From positions 1 through 48,530 of the IMG/VR virus record IMGVR_UViG_3300033489_000014: a stretch of DNA of 48,530 nt; one strand, written 5' to 3'. This DNA comes from a virus. Its lineage: Duplodnaviria; Caudoviricetes. Every line of letters begins with the position of its first letter. Position 1 is the stretch's first letter. The translations under genes were made by a program, and so were the position numbers. The notes below the pieces were generated by a model that saw only the letters and a program-made list of their open reading frames with translations, did not search any database and was not told the origin of the DNA. Below, in pieces: positions 28,053 through 38,624 of this stretch.

Positions 28053-29331
28053 TAATCAATGTAGATAAAACATTTGGAGCTTGAGCTAATACAGAAGGAA
28101 GTTGGACTGCTAATTCAACAGATGGACTCGAAGGACCCATAGACGTTGGATGAGTATGAGATATTAAAGCAGCTACTAGTGTTTGAAATAAAGAAAGCCA
28201 AGTTGCACCCTTCATATAAGGTTCAGAAGCACTTGTTCCCCCTAATTGAATAAGAGTATCGCTACTTATTGAAACTGTTAAATTACCACTTATATCAACT
28301 CCTGCAACTCCTGAAATACTAAACTTTCCAATAGATGATAATTCTATTGTAGAATTTGATGAGATTTTTGTGCTAAGATTTGAAATTTCCCATTTAGATA
28401 AATTAGTACTCCAATTCCAAGCAGTAGCTGTAGAAGCTACCAAAGCATAATTTCCAAAAGCATCTACAGATTCTTCAAAAACATTTAGCAAACCTGTTGT
28501 ATCAGATGCTGCAAAATATCGTCTAACCGGCTGCATATTATCCGAAATTCTTATAGAAGAACCTGTTACAGAATCTTCCATAACATCTCCTATAGAAAAT
28601 TCTGCTAACGAAGCTCCACTTGGGGTACTATTGTTCCATTTTACTTTCCAAGTAGCCTCTTGTGCATAATCTAGAATAGCACCTCGAACTGTTGGCACAT
28701 AATCTTCTTCTGTATCAGTTGGAAGAATCAATCTTCTGACAGATCCAAACCTTGCTTCAGAAACTCTTGCCCGATCAATTATTAAAGGACTTGAAATATT
28801 AATATCAGAAGAAGGACCGTTAACCGCTATTGAATTAGCGCCTGAACTTACTTTTGCTCTGTCTCCTAAATATAAATTTGATTGTCTAGCAGATTTAAAA
28901 TCCCAATCCCCTGGCTTCATTACTTTTCCAGAAACTTCACTCCAATTTATTCCCCCAGTACTTTCTTCTACAGCATCTGCTTTTGCGAGTCCTGTATAAA
29001 AAACAGCACCATAACCAAGAGCGTGTAAAACTCCATCAGAACCAAATCCTACTAAAAGAACATCACCAACTTGTGGGATATACCTTCCCCATGCAGAAGA
29101 CTTATAATCAATTTTGGAACTATCTGTTGTAGAAGGAGGAGTAGACAAACCTAATAAAGGAAAAGTAACTTCCTCTACTTGATTCAATTTCTCAATTTTT
29201 ACTACACAAGTCCCTTTTTCTACATGAACCTCTTTAACCTGTGCCCTATGAGTTGCAGAAAATATAGAACGGTGATCTGCATTTCTCTTTCTAAAACTAT
29301 TTGCATCAGGCAATATAGTGTTCATCGGCAT
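28042..29331 (-). CDS. baseplate central spike (gpV/gp5/VgrG-tip-like)
   Basis: OB-fold AQVKEVH..GTCVV..YIPQVGDVLLVGF; Ser/Ile beta-strand repeats; C-terminal HTH(P) metal-binding apex. Confidence 0.82.
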   Translation of the reverse strand: MPMNTILPDANSFRKRNADHRSIFSATHRAQVKEVHVEKGTCVVKIEKLNQVEEVTFPLLGLSTPPSTTDSSKIDYKSSAWGRYIPQVGDVLLVGFGSDGVLHALGYGAVFYTGLAKADAVEESTGGINWSEVSGKVMKPGDWDFKSARQSNLYLGDRAKVSSGANSIAVNGPSSDINISSPLIIDRARVSEARFGSVRRLILPTDTEEDYVPTVRGAILDYAQEATWKVKWNNSTPSGASLAEFSIGDVMEDSVTGSSIRISDNMQPVRRYFAASDTTGLLNVFEESVDAFGNYALVASTATAWNWSTNLSKWEISNLSTKISSNSTIELSSIGKFSISGVAGVDISGNLTVSISSDTLIQLGGTSASEPYMKGATWLSLFQTLVAALISHTHPTSMGPSSPSVELAVQLPSVLAQAPNVLSTLIIGK

Positions 29332-29332
29332 T

Positions 29333-31918
29333 TTAATTTTTATCCTGTTTAGTTCTATTTGTAGATCTACTCATAAACTCTTTATAATCAAAAGGCTTTG
29401 CCCGATCATAAAAATGGCGATAAATCTGATTGCCCTCTTTATCAACAGTACCTGACCAAGCTTTTATGGAATTCAAATTAACAGAAGTTGTTAACCCACT
29501 ATTCCAAACAAAACTGTGTGAAATACTAACAATATTTGCACAATAATTTTTAGACTTAAGTTGCAAAGGTCTGTTCACCATCAAACCAAACCTTGGAATA
29601 ATATTTACAGAAATAGATCTTGCTTCTGCATTAACCCTGGACAAATAAAGAGCAGCAGCCAAAAAGGCACCATCATCAGTTCCAATAGCGGTATTTATAC
29701 CGCCTGTATCAACTCTAAACCCTAATGTAGGAACCATTGCCATATCAACAGCCCCTACGTAAGGTCTATCAATATTCAGGGACTGCTGAAATGGAGTAAG
29801 ATTTCTTTCTACAAGATAAATAGTAATAACTCCACGATCTGAAAAAGTATTTGAAATACTAACTTGTTCATCTTTTGAAATTACAAACTCTTTAGAATAA
29901 TCAAAAAAGCCTTCTTTCAAAGGTTTACTAAAATCTATAAGATCTGCGTCTTCAGTATTCATCTTAAAAGAAAGATTTGTTAATTCAGTTGCTTCTTTTT
30001 CTGTATACTTCCCTGAATATTGTTTTTGAAAAATTTCATCATATCTTAGCTTATTTGTTTTATTTGTATCTGTAAGATCTGAATCTTGTGCTTTTATCCC
30101 AAAAAAATCTTTTGGTTCATGATCATAAAACGGATGTTCAAATACCAAATCACCTTTAGGCGTAGAATAAAATCTCCAATCAATAGAACTAGCCATATCG
30201 TAGAGCATAGACAAACGATCTTTAAAAACAGAATGCGCAGCAAGAGAAGACCCTGCATTAAGACCTTTATCAAGAACGCCTTCACTCGTTACATCAGATA
30301 AACCTGCAGGAGCAAAATAAAAAACTTTTCCATGTCCTACAGGATAATTTATAATATCTGTTCCAATAGTATAAATAACTTGATCAACATTCATATTAGA
30401 ATAATTAAAATTAGATTTATTAGAAGTATCATTTCTCATATTTTCTAAATCTGAATATCTTACACGATGATGAATTACTTCATTCCAATTATAGAAATCT
30501 GTGGTACTTTGGGCACCATAAACTTCATCAAGTAGAGTTGGTGTACCATAAACATAAAAATGAACACCATAACTATTATCTTTACGTTTAAAAGGAACAC
30601 CTCTAGGAGTAACAATTCCCTTCCACTGTAAGTCCTTAACTCTTGCTGCTCCATTAGATTGAAATTTCTTAACTACGTCGTCAACCGCACCTTTAAATAA
30701 TTCTCTAGTCTTTTCTACAGATACTTGATAAGTATCATCTAATGCAACATAATTATAAGCCTCTTCCAGTGTTACTCCAAAACGAGCAATTGCAAAATCA
30801 ACAAACTCGGTCTCACCTTTCAAGCTATCAATCATCTCTTTAAGCGCAAATATGTAAGGATCAAAATGTTTAATAACATAATCAGAACCAAAAAATATCA
30901 ATTCCAAAATTTCTTGTACTCTCAATCCTGAAAAAATCTCCTTCATTAAAACAAGACCAGATTGAGCAGCAGTACTTTTTCCAGATTGATCAAACATCTC
31001 TAAAACTTTTGCGATATTTGCATCTAAACCAAAAGCATTCAATTGTGTAATGGCGTATCTAACCATTTTTGAGACATCTGTACAAGTAATAGTAATCTGA
31101 GAATCTAAATTCACTCCTTCATTCTCTGTCATAACATCAACAAATCCAGTAAACGCCCAATACCAAACTCTTGGATCAAATGGGTCCCTCATTGCAACCC
31201 TTACAGGATCATTTGCATGAAATATACAATCTTCTTCTTGATAAGGATAATCAAAAGCCAACCTGTTTTCATAATTCAAAAATTTTAAATCCATACTTTC
31301 AGAAGCAATTAATTGAGTTTTATAAGCGCTCTTAACCCTCACTACTTGCTGTTTAATATTATATGATAATTCTCCCTCATTCCAACTACCCATAATAAAG
31401 TTATTAGCATCCCAATCTTTAGACTGTTTTTCTTTCTCTGATCTAACAGAAACCATAACGGCTTTAGCATCATCTATAGTAAGATTTGTAAAACCCATTG
31501 AACCAAGAAGATAAATAAGTTCTTCATCACTTGCCAAAGAAAGCCTATAAATAACTTCATTAATAACTTCACTAGAAAGATCAAAACTTGGTTGGTCACC
31601 ACCTAAAGGATAAATTATACTATTCTCAGTAGAACTCTTTGACTTACTATCACTAATAGCCTTCCTAGCCTCTGCTATTTTCACCATATCAGAATGTGTA
31701 ATTATATATTTTTTGTCTTTATTTGCTAAAGTTATTGAACAAACAGAAGGCGCCCGTTCAATAGACCCACCTGATTGAGTTGTTTGAACTGAAATAACAT
31801 CATTGCTTACTTCGAATCCATAAATAAAAACTCGACAAGCAGGAAATGCAGGTTTATACAAAGCTTCTGTACTTACCTGTTCCTGCATAAAATCAATATT
31901 TGAATCTTTTGTTGACAT
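29333..31918 (-). CDS. baseplate hub (gp27/gpD-like) with large insertions
   Basis: CRVFIYG, FTGFVD, ITITCTD, WRFYSTPKGDLVFEHP, IVSISHSF..TTSVNL. Confidence 0.75.
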   Translation of the reverse strand: MSTKDSNIDFMQEQVSTEALYKPAFPACRVFIYGFEVSNDVISVQTTQSGGSIERAPSVCSITLANKDKKYIITHSDMVKIAEARKAISDSKSKSSTENSIIYPLGGDQPSFDLSSEVINEVIYRLSLASDEELIYLLGSMGFTNLTIDDAKAVMVSVRSEKEKQSKDWDANNFIMGSWNEGELSYNIKQQVVRVKSAYKTQLIASESMDLKFLNYENRLAFDYPYQEEDCIFHANDPVRVAMRDPFDPRVWYWAFTGFVDVMTENEGVNLDSQITITCTDVSKMVRYAITQLNAFGLDANIAKVLEMFDQSGKSTAAQSGLVLMKEIFSGLRVQEILELIFFGSDYVIKHFDPYIFALKEMIDSLKGETEFVDFAIARFGVTLEEAYNYVALDDTYQVSVEKTRELFKGAVDDVVKKFQSNGAARVKDLQWKGIVTPRGVPFKRKDNSYGVHFYVYGTPTLLDEVYGAQSTTDFYNWNEVIHHRVRYSDLENMRNDTSNKSNFNYSNMNVDQVIYTIGTDIINYPVGHGKVFYFAPAGLSDVTSEGVLDKGLNAGSSLAAHSVFKDRLSMLYDMASSIDWRFYSTPKGDLVFEHPFYDHEPKDFFGIKAQDSDLTDTNKTNKLRYDEIFQKQYSGKYTEKEATELTNLSFKMNTEDADLIDFSKPLKEGFFDYSKEFVISKDEQVSISNTFSDRGVITIYLVERNLTPFQQSLNIDRPYVGAVDMAMVPTLGFRVDTGGINTAIGTDDGAFLAAALYLSRVNAEARSISVNIIPRFGLMVNRPLQLKSKNYCANIVSISHSFVWNSGLTTSVNLNSIKAWSGTVDKEGNQIYRHFYDRAKPFDYKEFMSRSTNRTKQDKN

Positions 31919-31923
31919 TATTT

Positions 31924-32712
31924 TTAATATGCGTTTGTAAAAACACTTCTAAGATTTTCTGTCAAAGTAGTGTACAAATAGTCCATAGAAGGAATACTTG
32001 CCAAAACGGTAAACCCAAATGTATAATTTTTGCTAAAAGGTTCAGCAGCATCGTCTGTAAAATCCATAACTCTTGTGAAATGCCCAATAAATGTTATAAA
32101 AGTATTTCCTAATAATGGACTACTATATGTTATATAGTAATATACTGGAGCACCAGTTTTAGGATCAACAACAGGCTCCCTTGTCAAAGAATACAAATTC
32201 CAAAAATTTGCTAATTTAGAAGCACCTGATGAAGAATATCCTGAACCTTGAATTTGAACAGCAGCAGGATCTGATTCTGAAACATCTCTAGCACTTTTTG
32301 ATAAATTGTTTATCCACTCTATTGGACCTTTATCCTGAATCTGTGTGCTAAACATTCCATAAATTCCATTAAAAATAGTCCCATTCTGAAGATTTATGTT
32401 CCCTGTTCTTCCTGAAAATTCCAATTCAAGTAAATCATTATTTCTTCCTACAGCATTGCTCCAATGAAAAATAACTTTACCACCTTGTGTATCCTGTGTT
32501 GTAATTCTTTTCGCTTGTTTGAATCCGACATTTGTCGGATTCATAAGCATAGACACTCCTGGAACCTTCAATCTCTTCCTATATGAAGAAGTAAGATAGA
32601 AAGGAACCCTTAGAACTTTGTCTTCATATGGATTAAAAGCTCTTTCCAAAACCTGTGCAAAATTACTTACAACAGTAGCTGATTCACCTGTATTATTTGC
32701 AAAAATACTCAT
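31924..32712 (-). CDS. tube-initiator/baseplate protein (gp48/gpU-like)
   Basis: MLMNPTNV..TQGG..HW..LEFSGRTG..FIGHF..FTDDAAEPF..YTFGF; follows the tape measure genes. Confidence 0.7.
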   Translation of the reverse strand: MSIFANNTGESATVVSNFAQVLERAFNPYEDKVLRVPFYLTSSYRKRLKVPGVSMLMNPTNVGFKQAKRITTQDTQGGKVIFHWSNAVGRNNDLLELEFSGRTGNINLQNGTIFNGIYGMFSTQIQDKGPIEWINNLSKSARDVSESDPAAVQIQGSGYSSSGASKLANFWNLYSLTREPVVDPKTGAPVYYYITYSSPLLGNTFITFIGHFTRVMDFTDDAAEPFSKNYTFGFTVLASIPSMDYLYTTLTENLRSVFTNAY

Positions 32713-35492
32713 TAATCATTTCCTCTACCTATATATGGTTTATCTTCATTATTTAAATAAGATTCCTCAACAGTCTCACCAATATTTTCACGAATATATT
32801 TAGACTTTTCAGAAGGTGAAAGATATTTAGATCCTTCTCTAGACCTTGATACATCAACCCATTCAGCCGGTCTATTTCTAACATCTACGTGAACAAATGG
32901 TAAATTAGGATAGAAACCTTTTCCAATAGGTTGACCAACTTTTCCACTTCTCAAAAACCTAAACAAATCCTTATTAGCAACTCCTTGGACTGCTATATCC
33001 ATAGCTTGCCCTCTTGTATGTGGATTCTCTTTTCCACCTTCATCTTTAACAGGAGCAGATCCTCTAAAAACCTTTATTTTCTTTCCAGGATATTGTTCAC
33101 TAATCTTAGACAAAACATCAGCTAATCTCGGATCTAAAGTCTTAACATTTTCTTCTGATTTTCCTGATTTAGAAAAAGAAGACAATCTAGACATTGAGCT
33201 AGGATCACTAAAATCAACATTCATAGACTCTCCTGTTTTTGCTTTCATAACAGAAATTTTATTTTTATTGCTTCCTACATTTGATTTCTTGCTCAAATTT
33301 GGAACACTAATATCAGATGAACCTTCATACAAACCAAACTGCAAACCGCATTTTGGACAATTTCCTGAAAGATAAACTACTATATTTCCTGAATCATCAA
33401 CCCCTTTAGAAACTATTTGTAAACCACCACCTACCCACTTTTCCTGAGAAGACTGCGCAAAAGCCTCTAGAGCCGTTTGTGGCTGTCTTTCCTCTGGGAT
33501 TGGTACATTGTATACCCCTGCTTCTTTAATCGGAATAGGGACCATTACAACGCTTGTAGGACCAAATATACTGCTAGGTGTTAGTGGCGTAGATTGTCCT
33601 GCACCTTCTTCAGGCATTTTTCCTGTTTTGTAATCAACATTCCAAGCATTATTAAGCATATCAATAGAATCTTTAAAAGCTGAGTCCATCATCGACATTC
33701 CAGCTTCTTTAAGTTTTTTCATGCCTGTATCAAGCCATGCTTCATCCTCAGCCTTATTCACGTTAACAGTCTTATCTATTTCGGCTAACAATTTTTTATT
33801 AGCTCTTTCTCCTTTTTCTCCTTTAAATAAATTTGCAATCAATTCAATACTATTTCTGAAATATGAAACCATAAAACCTAATACTCTTGAAACTTTCCCT
33901 AATAGCCACCTTCCAATATCTGAAATTCCTTCCATCCACTTATTATATGATTTATAAAAATCAGAAACTTTATCTCGTTCTCTTTTAAAAGTTCCACCAA
34001 GCTCGTCTTGGAACCTCTTCATACTATCCTTTAACCCTTCTTTAGTTTTTACATTTCCACTTTCAACCGCCTTGTTCCATTCCAAGGCTAATCTTGATCC
34101 ACTTATTCCAAAAATATTCATCAATACTTGTCTAAGTTCTGCTGGATTTGGGACTCTACTTTTTATTATTTCTACATGCTTGTTTATAAAATCTGAAAAT
34201 TGCTCTGGAGAAGCACTTGTAAATCTTGCTATAGCATCCTCATATCTTTGTTTTGCTTCAAGCCCTTTTCCATAACCCATTTGCTCTCCAAGAAATAATT
34301 TCCAATCGTTAGAAATACCTGTCAAACCTTGAGCAACTTCCCCCAAACCTTTAGCCACTTCTTTTGCTGCTAAATGCTTGGGAACATTAATATCCTCAAA
34401 TCTTTTTTGAAGTGTATAGAGCATTTCAGAAATATTACCAATTTTAAGCCCTAAAGAAGAAATTGAATCAGTTGCTTTCTCTATATTAGAAACAAAGTAT
34501 TCAGCACCAATTCCAGATTCTCTTCCAAAAAATATCATTTCCAAAACTTTGTCTTTAGCTTCACTCATAGACATTCCAAAATCTCTTGCAAAATTATTCA
34601 ATCTATCAGCAGTAGTACCCGAAGCTAAACCGAACATTTTATCAACAGCTAAAGTAAGACTTACTAAACTCTCTCCAACTTCTCCCATACTAGGGGCAAT
34701 AACAGTGTCCATGGTTTCTTTAATTCCATGACCTGCATTAATAAAAGCTTGTTCAATACTATAAATTTCCTCTTTAGGAATCTTTGCATAATGCTCCATG
34801 TCATATGCAAAGTTTTTCATGCTTTCGCTAGCTTTTCCTATTAATCCTTTGACCCCACTGTCAAAAGCATTGATCATAGTATTTCTAGCTGTTGCAGCCA
34901 TGGTTTTAGATTCTTGTTCTCTCTCAGCCCCCATAGCCATCATGACAATTCCACCAGCTAAAATATTACCAGGAGTAGGAATGTGAAGTTTATGTAAAGC
35001 GCCTGAAATCGTATTCCTTATAGATTTTATCTCATCTATTATAATTTTTGGCGCACTAGATTTATCTTTTGTTTCCTTCCTTGCTTTCTTTCCTTGTTCA
35101 TCTATTGCTTTAGGGGGATTAACATAAGTAATCATAGATTGCAAACTTTTTCTCTCATAAACATCAGAAAGCCCTTTAGAAAATTTTGAAAAAATTTCAC
35201 TAGACTTTTTAATAGGATCTGAATAATTATCTATAACACCAAATTTACTTATAAATGAATCCATTATCAAAGTGAATTTATTAAATTGTTCAAAAGTTGG
35301 ATTGACTAATTTTGATAAACTATCCAAATTGTCTTTCGTAACTGTTGATGTTAGAACCTCTTTCAACTTTATCATAGAAGAATTTATTGTTTCAAAATTC
35401 TCTTTATTATCTTTAGAAGTTTCAGATACAACTCTGCCTAATTCACTAAGTTGAAATTTAACTTCCTCTAATCTATCAAGATCTATAATCAT
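32712..35492 (-). CDS. tape-measure-like protein 2 with C-terminal peptidase M15 (YcbK/DUF882/MepK-like) domain
   Basis: helical core homologous to 35495..37861; C-terminal LDPRL..HTRGQAMDI..GFYPNLPFVHVDVR carries the H/D/H zinc ligands. Confidence 0.8.
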   Translation of the reverse strand: MIIDLDRLEEVKFQLSELGRVVSETSKDNKENFETINSSMIKLKEVLTSTVTKDNLDSLSKLVNPTFEQFNKFTLIMDSFISKFGVIDNYSDPIKKSSEIFSKFSKGLSDVYERKSLQSMITYVNPPKAIDEQGKKARKETKDKSSAPKIIIDEIKSIRNTISGALHKLHIPTPGNILAGGIVMMAMGAEREQESKTMAATARNTMINAFDSGVKGLIGKASESMKNFAYDMEHYAKIPKEEIYSIEQAFINAGHGIKETMDTVIAPSMGEVGESLVSLTLAVDKMFGLASGTTADRLNNFARDFGMSMSEAKDKVLEMIFFGRESGIGAEYFVSNIEKATDSISSLGLKIGNISEMLYTLQKRFEDINVPKHLAAKEVAKGLGEVAQGLTGISNDWKLFLGEQMGYGKGLEAKQRYEDAIARFTSASPEQFSDFINKHVEIIKSRVPNPAELRQVLMNIFGISGSRLALEWNKAVESGNVKTKEGLKDSMKRFQDELGGTFKRERDKVSDFYKSYNKWMEGISDIGRWLLGKVSRVLGFMVSYFRNSIELIANLFKGEKGERANKKLLAEIDKTVNVNKAEDEAWLDTGMKKLKEAGMSMMDSAFKDSIDMLNNAWNVDYKTGKMPEEGAGQSTPLTPSSIFGPTSVVMVPIPIKEAGVYNVPIPEERQPQTALEAFAQSSQEKWVGGGLQIVSKGVDDSGNIVVYLSGNCPKCGLQFGLYEGSSDISVPNLSKKSNVGSNKNKISVMKAKTGESMNVDFSDPSSMSRLSSFSKSGKSEENVKTLDPRLADVLSKISEQYPGKKIKVFRGSAPVKDEGGKENPHTRGQAMDIAVQGVANKDLFRFLRSGKVGQPIGKGFYPNLPFVHVDVRNRPAEWVDVSRSREGSKYLSPSEKSKYIRENIGETVEESYLNNEDKPYIGRGND

Positions 35493-35494
35493 TT

Positions 35495-37861
35495 TTATGG
35501 AGAATCCAATACCGTTTGTACTACTTGCCTAACTTGACTATTGGGTATAACCCCTTGAACAGTTCCCGGAAAAACATTTAAATAAGGCTTATTATTTTCC
35601 TCCTCTTTCTTGGCTTTATCTAAATATTTTTGCGCAAAATCAGCAGATTTTACTTTAGCCGCTTTGTCTGCTTCTGCTGCTTGTTTAGCTCTTAATTCAT
35701 CATCTGTTGCCATACCTGCAGCCATTTGAGAAACACTTTTACCAAAAACAGGGATATGCCCTTTAAGGACTATACTGGCCATAATCTCTGCTATTTTATT
35801 ATTCATTAAACTAAGTTCTGTATCTATTCTTCTTTCTATTTTTTCAGCTCTTTCATCAATTTCTTTTTGAAGATCTGATCTATAGTCTGCTTTAAGAGAA
35901 TCCATAACAGGTTTAAACATCTCACCAAATTTTTTACCTAAAACATCACCAAGCCCTGACACACCTTCAATAAAATTATTACTACCCTTTTCCATTACTC
36001 CATATATTTCTGAAAATTTACCCTGTATAATAGCAAGAGATTGATTAGCTGATGCTTTTTCAGCTTTACTTGACAGGGGATTCATAAGAGTTCCAGCAGC
36101 CCCAATAGCTATTGTTAAACTTCTAAATCCAGTAATAATAGAAGCCATTAAAGCCGAAGTAACTTGCAAAAGACCTTGACCAATTTTTGCCATATTATCT
36201 ATCAATCTTCGTTGCATTTTTTGGAAATCAGAAAGTTGTGCGCCTTCCCTTTTAAAAGTATCTTCAAATAATTTTTTTTGCTCAGGGGATAAATCTTTTA
36301 ATGCTTGACCTGCCCTAAACTTCTCAGCCATAGCAATAAAATCTCTTGCTTGATTTACACCCTCAAGGCCACTAAAACCAAGAGTTTGCCTAACCATTTC
36401 TACTAATAAACTTTTATCAGTTCCTGACTGTTCTTTCATAAGATCATAAAAAGATTTTATATAAAGCGCCCCTGCTATAGCTCTTTTTTCTTTTTCTCCA
36501 GACATAAGCTCTTCAGCCATTCTCACTTTTCCAGCTTGAGCAGTTAATTCTGGGTACATTCTTCTTGCTAAAGCTAATTGAATACCTTCAGGTAAACTTG
36601 TTAACCCTCTTGAAATTGCTTCAACAGATCTAGCCGCTAATTCCCCCCCTTTATGTGGGTCTATTCCAAGATCAGCATATCGTTTTTTGATAGTTTGCAA
36701 CATTTGAGCAACGTCGCCCATCTCAAAACCATATTGAGCCAAAGTGGAAGAACCTGATAAAACTGCTCCTGTAAATCTTTGAATATCCATTCCTGAAGAT
36801 TGTGCTGCAAAACTCAATTTAACCATTTTAGAAGTTGCACTCTCTATAGACATTCCATATTCACGAACTAATTCTAACGATCTTTGCATAGAGGTTCCAC
36901 TAGAAAGTTTAAACAGTTTATCCAATGCAATAGACGTTGAAAAAACATTTGCATGAACATCTTCAAAACTCTTAGATACAGGAACCATTTTATCAGTTAT
37001 TTTTATTCCAGCATTAGCAACTTGATTTACAATTCCTTGAATTTCTTTCCTTCCTATACCGAATTGAAACTGTGCTTCCTCAGCAAATCTTGCTAATTGA
37101 GCAGAAGCGTTCTTAGTTCCTTTTTCAAATACTCCTCCAGCCGTTGCAACAGCCGTGGTCATTTCAGCAGCTTCTGCACCTTTTCTCTGTTTCTGCTGCT
37201 CACCCAGAATCATAAGCCCAATCAACCCACCTAAAAATCCACCACCAAAACCAACTACACCAGGAACATTTCCCATAATTCCAGAAATAGCCCCCTTAGC
37301 ATTTCCAGCCTCTGTTTTTATGAAATTGAGCATTTTCCCAGAAGCTTCCTTGGATTCCTCTAATGCCCTTCTAGCCGATGCTAGTGCTTTCTCTGCCCTC
37401 TGTATTGTCTCCTCTGCTTTCTCGCCCTCCTTGGCAGCTAGGGACATTTGCAGAGCAAAATCAGAACCGCCTACAGCAGCGCTTGGTATAGTAAGACCGG
37501 CAGGAACTTTTCCCCTTTCATCAACCTTGCTAAAAGCCTTCGTAATATCTACAGAACCAAGAGTGGTCAAACTCTTTACAATAGATTTTGAATACTTGCT
37601 AATATTTTCGAAATATTTCGAAATATATTCGACATTTCCTAGCGGTTTAGAGTAAAAAGCATTTAATTTTTGGAATGAGGCGTCTAAAGAACTTGATAAA
37701 ACATTAATTCTTGAAACTAAATTGTCGAGAAATTTTTCGGAATCTTCCGAAAAACTTTTAAAAGTATTTGATAAATCTACATACTGTTTCTGTAAATCAG
37801 AAATATTCCTTGTTATTTCATTGAAATCAAACGAAAGTATGTAGCCCTCTGGACCAGGCAT
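35495..37861 (-). CDS. tape-measure-like protein 1
   Basis: Ala/Gly/Lys-rich helical protein with a hydrophobic Gly-rich segment, directly after the frameshifting chaperone. Confidence 0.8.
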   Translation of the reverse strand: MPGPEGYILSFDFNEITRNISDLQKQYVDLSNTFKSFSEDSEKFLDNLVSRINVLSSSLDASFQKLNAFYSKPLGNVEYISKYFENISKYSKSIVKSLTTLGSVDITKAFSKVDERGKVPAGLTIPSAAVGGSDFALQMSLAAKEGEKAEETIQRAEKALASARRALEESKEASGKMLNFIKTEAGNAKGAISGIMGNVPGVVGFGGGFLGGLIGLMILGEQQKQRKGAEAAEMTTAVATAGGVFEKGTKNASAQLARFAEEAQFQFGIGRKEIQGIVNQVANAGIKITDKMVPVSKSFEDVHANVFSTSIALDKLFKLSSGTSMQRSLELVREYGMSIESATSKMVKLSFAAQSSGMDIQRFTGAVLSGSSTLAQYGFEMGDVAQMLQTIKKRYADLGIDPHKGGELAARSVEAISRGLTSLPEGIQLALARRMYPELTAQAGKVRMAEELMSGEKEKRAIAGALYIKSFYDLMKEQSGTDKSLLVEMVRQTLGFSGLEGVNQARDFIAMAEKFRAGQALKDLSPEQKKLFEDTFKREGAQLSDFQKMQRRLIDNMAKIGQGLLQVTSALMASIITGFRSLTIAIGAAGTLMNPLSSKAEKASANQSLAIIQGKFSEIYGVMEKGSNNFIEGVSGLGDVLGKKFGEMFKPVMDSLKADYRSDLQKEIDERAEKIERRIDTELSLMNNKIAEIMASIVLKGHIPVFGKSVSQMAAGMATDDELRAKQAAEADKAAKVKSADFAQKYLDKAKKEEENNKPYLNVFPGTVQGVIPNSQVRQVVQTVLDSP

Positions 37862-37868
37862 TGCTCAC

Positions 37869-38624
37869 CTAATACTCTATTAAAATTTTGGCTTTATTAG
37901 CGGTTCTTTCCAATCTATTTGATTTAACAAAAATATCTTCATCCTTCTCAAGATCTTCCAATGATTCTAACATACCCTTACTTGAATTCTTTGAACCACT
38001 ATTCATAAATTTCATATACTTTCCAATATCTTTAGGATCAATAAATTCAGGAATATCAATATCATCAGGCTTTTCAATAAGATCTTCATCTGGTATTTTA
38101 TCAAAATTTTCAAGATTCTTTTGAGCAACACTCTGATCTATTCTTTCTTGCTCAAACAATTCTTGATTCTTTTTGATAATCTCAGCAACCATTTCAGGAC
38201 TACCTGTCAAAATAGCTAGCGGAACAAATTCGCCAGCTTTCGGTCTACGCAACCGATAAGATTCAGCGGTACTTTCGCCAAACTTTGACAGAATCTCTTT
38301 CTCTTCCTCAGAAAGATCTTCATGAACAGGCATTAAATTCAATCCCAAGAGATTTATAATACCGTTCTTAACAAGATCAGCAATACTCATAAATTTTTCT
38401 ATCTCTTTTTCCTCAAGTGCATATAAGCTCTCTAATTCAAACCGCCATTGAGAATCTGTCATACTCCTTGTATTAGGATCACTTATTAATATTTTCTTCC
38501 TAGACAGTACCTCTGATTTAACACGAAGACGCGCTTCTATTTCTCTCCAAACAGGGAAAGTTCGATCTAGCTCGACTAGTTCTTTTTCTCTTCCAATCCC
38601 GAACTTTCCCCTGACAAGTTTTTT
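37869..38624 (-). CDS. tail assembly chaperone frameshift extension (gpT-like), read in the -1 frame from the upstream gene
   Basis: overlaps the end of 38576..39103 in the -1 frame; slippery heptamer present in the overlap. Confidence 0.75.
   Translation of the reverse strand, partial: KKLVRGKFGIGREKELVELDRTFPVWREIEARLRVKSEVLSRKKILISDPNTRSMTDSQWRFELESLYALEEKEIEKFMSIADLVKNGIINLLGLNLMPVHEDLSEEEKEILSKFGESTAESYRLRRPKAGEFVPLAILTGSPEMVAEIIKKNQELFEQERIDQSVAQKNLENFDKIPDEDLIEKPDDIDIPEFIDPKDIGKYMKFMNSGSKNSSKGMLESLEDLEKDEDIFVKSNRLERTANKAKILIEY

Noticed and set aside
37155-37655. 166-aa plus-strand ORF and the other plus-strand ORFs in the track
   Set aside because: All lie antisense within long, motif-bearing minus-strand genes and have no recognisable motif; typical shadow frames.
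38603-38610. Lambda-type slippery sequence GGGAAAG
   Set aside because: Phased as G-GGA-AAG only in the -1 frame, not in the gpG frame; A-AAA-AAC just upstream is correctly phased.
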